A DNA stretch of 64,000 bases, taken from positions 64,001-128,000 of the IMG/VR virus record IMGVR_UViG_3300027806_000001. One strand, written 5' to 3'. Position numbers and translations under genes: made by a program. Shown here in pieces: positions 61,643 to 64,000 of this stretch. Source of the DNA: a virus. The stretch's first letter is position 1; every line of letters begins with the position of its first letter. The notes under the pieces were generated by a model, which was not told the DNA's origin, searched no databases, and saw only the letters and a program-made list of their open reading frames with translations.

Positions 61643-63162
61643 TCGTCGTCCGCGGCGGCGCTCGGCGAAAGGTCCGCCTGGCTGAGGGGAGCGAGGATCC
61701 CCTCCTGCGCGATGGCCGTGGACAGCGCCTTCCTGGCCACACTATACCACGACTCCCTGGGCAGGAGCGCCGTGACCAGCGGACCCATTCCGACAGTGAC
61801 GTGCCCGGCCTCCAGCGCCGGATCGTGCTCCTCCAGGGACTTGCCCATCAGGTTCCTGAAGTCCTGTGCGGAGATCAGGCCGCAGGAGTACATGACGACG
61901 CAGGCCACCTTCGGATCGCTGCTGTTGATCTGCTGGGGAGTCAGGCGGCAGTAGAACCTCTCGGTGTTGGAGATCAGGTTGCTCTCGGCCGGCACGAACC
62001 CCTTGAAGTTCCTGCCGTCGAGCTTGGGCCTGACGCCCAGGACCAGGCACATGACCGCCGGAGACTCCTCGGGCCCCGTGGGCGACATGGAGTACCGGCT
62101 GGTGCCCACCCACCGCAGGTCGTTGTTGGACCTGTGCCACTCGCCGTAGCGCGGGTTGGAGGAGTCGATGGTCGCCGCGATGTCCTGGAAGTACGCCTCC
62201 ATGAGCTTGCGCATCTTGTCCATGGTCAGCTGGTCCTGCACCATGGGCAGCCGGCGGCAGACGTCGGCCGCCTTGTTTTCGGAACCGCCGTTGCCTCCGA
62301 ACTTGTCGGAGGGATCCATCAGGGCCATCATGGAGTGGTGTGCCGTGGCGATCGGGCTGCTCTCGCACAGGAACCAGTGGTGGTCCATGGTCCAGGGCCA
62401 CATGGAGCTCTGCGGAGGCTTGCGCCACTTGTGCACCTGGCTCTTGTCGACCTCCGAGGCCGTGCGGATGATGCGGTGCGGCAGGCGGGGCGCCACCCTG
62501 GAGCCGATCAGGCCCTGGGACAGCTGGTTCGACTGGGGGTCGACGACGTACCACGCCCCGTCCGTGTATTCGCCGCCTCCGTAGGGACTCGTCTTCTTGC
62601 TGCCGTAGCCCTCGCGCGGGATCGAGTTGTTCCTGCAGGCATCCAGCACCAGGCGGGCGCGGCCGGACCACGGCATGTTCTTGACGTGGTTCTCCATCCT
62701 GCTGTCCACGAGCAGGAAGGCCGTCACCACGGCCTCGGAGTCCAGCGCCAGCAGCCCCATGGCGAGCGCCTTGACGACGTCGTCAGGACGGCAGCGGAAC
62801 GCCCGGGCTCCTCTGCCCGGCGAATTGAAGGCCGTCGAGCCCGGGTCGAGCTGCCTGAGCAGGTTCTCGCACTGGGACGAGATCTTCAGGCCGGCCTTGG
62901 CGACGGCCGCGGCGTCGGGCAGCGAATGGAAGCCGGAGTGGAACGACGGGGCGCAGGACACGCTCGCATGGAGCAGGCCGACGGTCTTGCCGTCGACCGA
63001 CAGCGGGACGTAGAGCACCTTGTCGAAGATGAACGGAGCGGCGGGGTCCGGCCCGTCGAAGTAGGCCGGGTTCTGGAGCGAAATCCTTCCGGCGACGATG
63101 AACGACCGGCGGAAGGAGTCGAAGGTGATGAACGAGTTGTCGAGGTTGACCCTGGTATTCAT
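61639..63162 (-). CDS. Large hypothetical protein
   Basis: 507 aa, RBS aggaga. Confidence 0.65.
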   Translation of the reverse strand: MNTRVNLDNSFITFDSFRRSFIVAGRISLQNPAYFDGPDPAAPFIFDKVLYVPLSVDGKTVGLLHASVSCAPSFHSGFHSLPDAAAVAKAGLKISSQCENLLRQLDPGSTAFNSPGRGARAFRCRPDDVVKALAMGLLALDSEAVVTAFLLVDSRMENHVKNMPWSGRARLVLDACRNNSIPREGYGSKKTSPYGGGEYTDGAWYVVDPQSNQLSQGLIGSRVAPRLPHRIIRTASEVDKSQVHKWRKPPQSSMWPWTMDHHWFLCESSPIATAHHSMMALMDPSDKFGGNGGSENKAADVCRRLPMVQDQLTMDKMRKLMEAYFQDIAATIDSSNPRYGEWHRSNNDLRWVGTSRYSMSPTGPEESPAVMCLVLGVRPKLDGRNFKGFVPAESNLISNTERFYCRLTPQQINSSDPKVACVVMYSCGLISAQDFRNLMGKSLEEHDPALEAGHVTVGMGPLVTALLPRESWYSVARKALSTAIAQEGILAPLSQADLSPSAAADDE

Positions 63163-63223
63163 TGGTTGTGTCTCCTGTGGGCCCCGGGCCGGGCGGACCC
63201 GGCCCGGGGCTGCATGGCTGTGC

Positions 63224-64000
63224 TCAGCCCTTGACGTGGATGGTGGTGCCGTATGGCGCGATGACCTGGCTGTTGATGACCCAGATGACGTCGAAGTCCG
63301 GCGGCTCGCCGAACTCGCCGTACCCGTCGGTGAAGTAGACCAGCACGTCCGGCCGGTCGTGCCCCATGTCCGAGATGTGGCGCATGACCGGCACGAAGCT
63401 GGTGCCTCCGCCTCCGGTCACCCTGGGGATGTCCTCGTAGGGACCGATCCAGCGGTTTCCGTAGACCTCGGCGTCGCACTCGAGCAGGTACGTGGGCAGG
63501 CCGTAGAGCTTGCGCACGCCGTCGAACTCGGACAGGCCCTTGAGGATGTCCTCCTCGGACATGGATCCCGAGGTGTCGATCGAGAAGCCCACCGACGGAA
63601 CCTTGCCGGCCCTGCGGCTGGGCAGGAGGATGTCCTGCCACAGGTGCCTGCGGGACGGAGGCACGAACGTGGACCTGCCCTTGACCTTGGTGCAGTACTT
63701 GCTGCGCATGCAGTAGGCCAGGGCTTCCTCCCACCTGACCTGAGGCTTGAGCAGCCTGCCGACCGCCCGCTCCATGTGCGCCGGCAGCTTGCCCTGCAGC
63801 TTGGCCCGGGTGGCCGCCTGCGCGGCCGCCTCGGTCCACCCGCCGTTCTCCTTGTTGGGGACCTCCTCGGTCCTCTCCTTGAGGGCCTGGCCTCCGTCGG
63901 GCTGGGGATCGCCGGGCTCGAGGATGTCCTGGCCGATGCCGTCGCGCTCCTGGTCGTCCTGCTCCTGGTCGCCATTTTCGCCTGAACCAGCCTGGGCGCC
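63224..64000 (-). CDS. vWA-like (DUF2201-type) protein, 5' truncated by window edge
   Basis: IDTSGSM MIDAS, ECDAEV, GGGGTSF.PV, YFTDGYG; open frame to window end. Confidence 0.8.
   Translation of the reverse strand, partial: GAQAGSGENGDQEQDDQERDGIGQDILEPGDPQPDGGQALKERTEEVPNKENGGWTEAAAQAATRAKLQGKLPAHMERAVGRLLKPQVRWEEALAYCMRSKYCTKVKGRSTFVPPSRRHLWQDILLPSRRAGKVPSVGFSIDTSGSMSEEDILKGLSEFDGVRKLYGLPTYLLECDAEVYGNRWIGPYEDIPRVTGGGGTSFVPVMRHISDMGHDRPDVLVYFTDGYGEFGEPPDFDVIWVINSQVIAPYGTTIHVKG

Noticed and set aside
8923-63215. Numerous GC-rich intergenic hairpins as N4-type hairpin promoters
   Set aside because: Most are followed by T-rich tails and sit after stop codons, consistent with intrinsic terminators; no conserved loop sequence
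1-64000. Cellular chromosome or prophage origin
   Set aside because: No housekeeping operons, integrase or att sites; gene content and organisation are phage-like throughout

Overview
A 64-kb, GC-rich, almost entirely minus-strand segment of a large tailed (probably jumbo) bacteriophage genome; host not identifiable. Left (1-18.8 kb) and right-centre (40.7-52.9 kb): early/accessory region of short, translationally coupled ORFs, including 21 (Gly-X)n micro-ORFs in five clusters that share junctions and long identical DNA blocks. 18.9-24.1 kb: SF2 helicase, three paralogs carrying nine ~60-aa repeats, and a methyltransferase-like gene. 24.1-24.9 kb: tRNA-Arg(CCT), an HNH nuclease and tRNA fragments. 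25-40.6 kb: a 2034-aa single-chain beta/beta'-N RNA polymerase (LAGLIDADG intein, degenerate 2H-like insert) flanked by Gly-zipper proteins sharing an N-terminal YxHH...KxA motif (probable virion core proteins). 52.9-54.3 kb: a tRNA(CAT) split by a 768-nt group I intron whose HNH ORF runs through the ribozyme core, preceded by a ~510-nt highly structured non-coding RNA candidate with its own promoter and terminator. 58.5-64 kb: probable portal, ankyrin protein, partial vWA-like protein. A recurrent promoter (C/G)TAAAY-N17-(T/G)ANNAT occurs at least 9 times. All family assignments are from motif recognition by eye; no searches were run.
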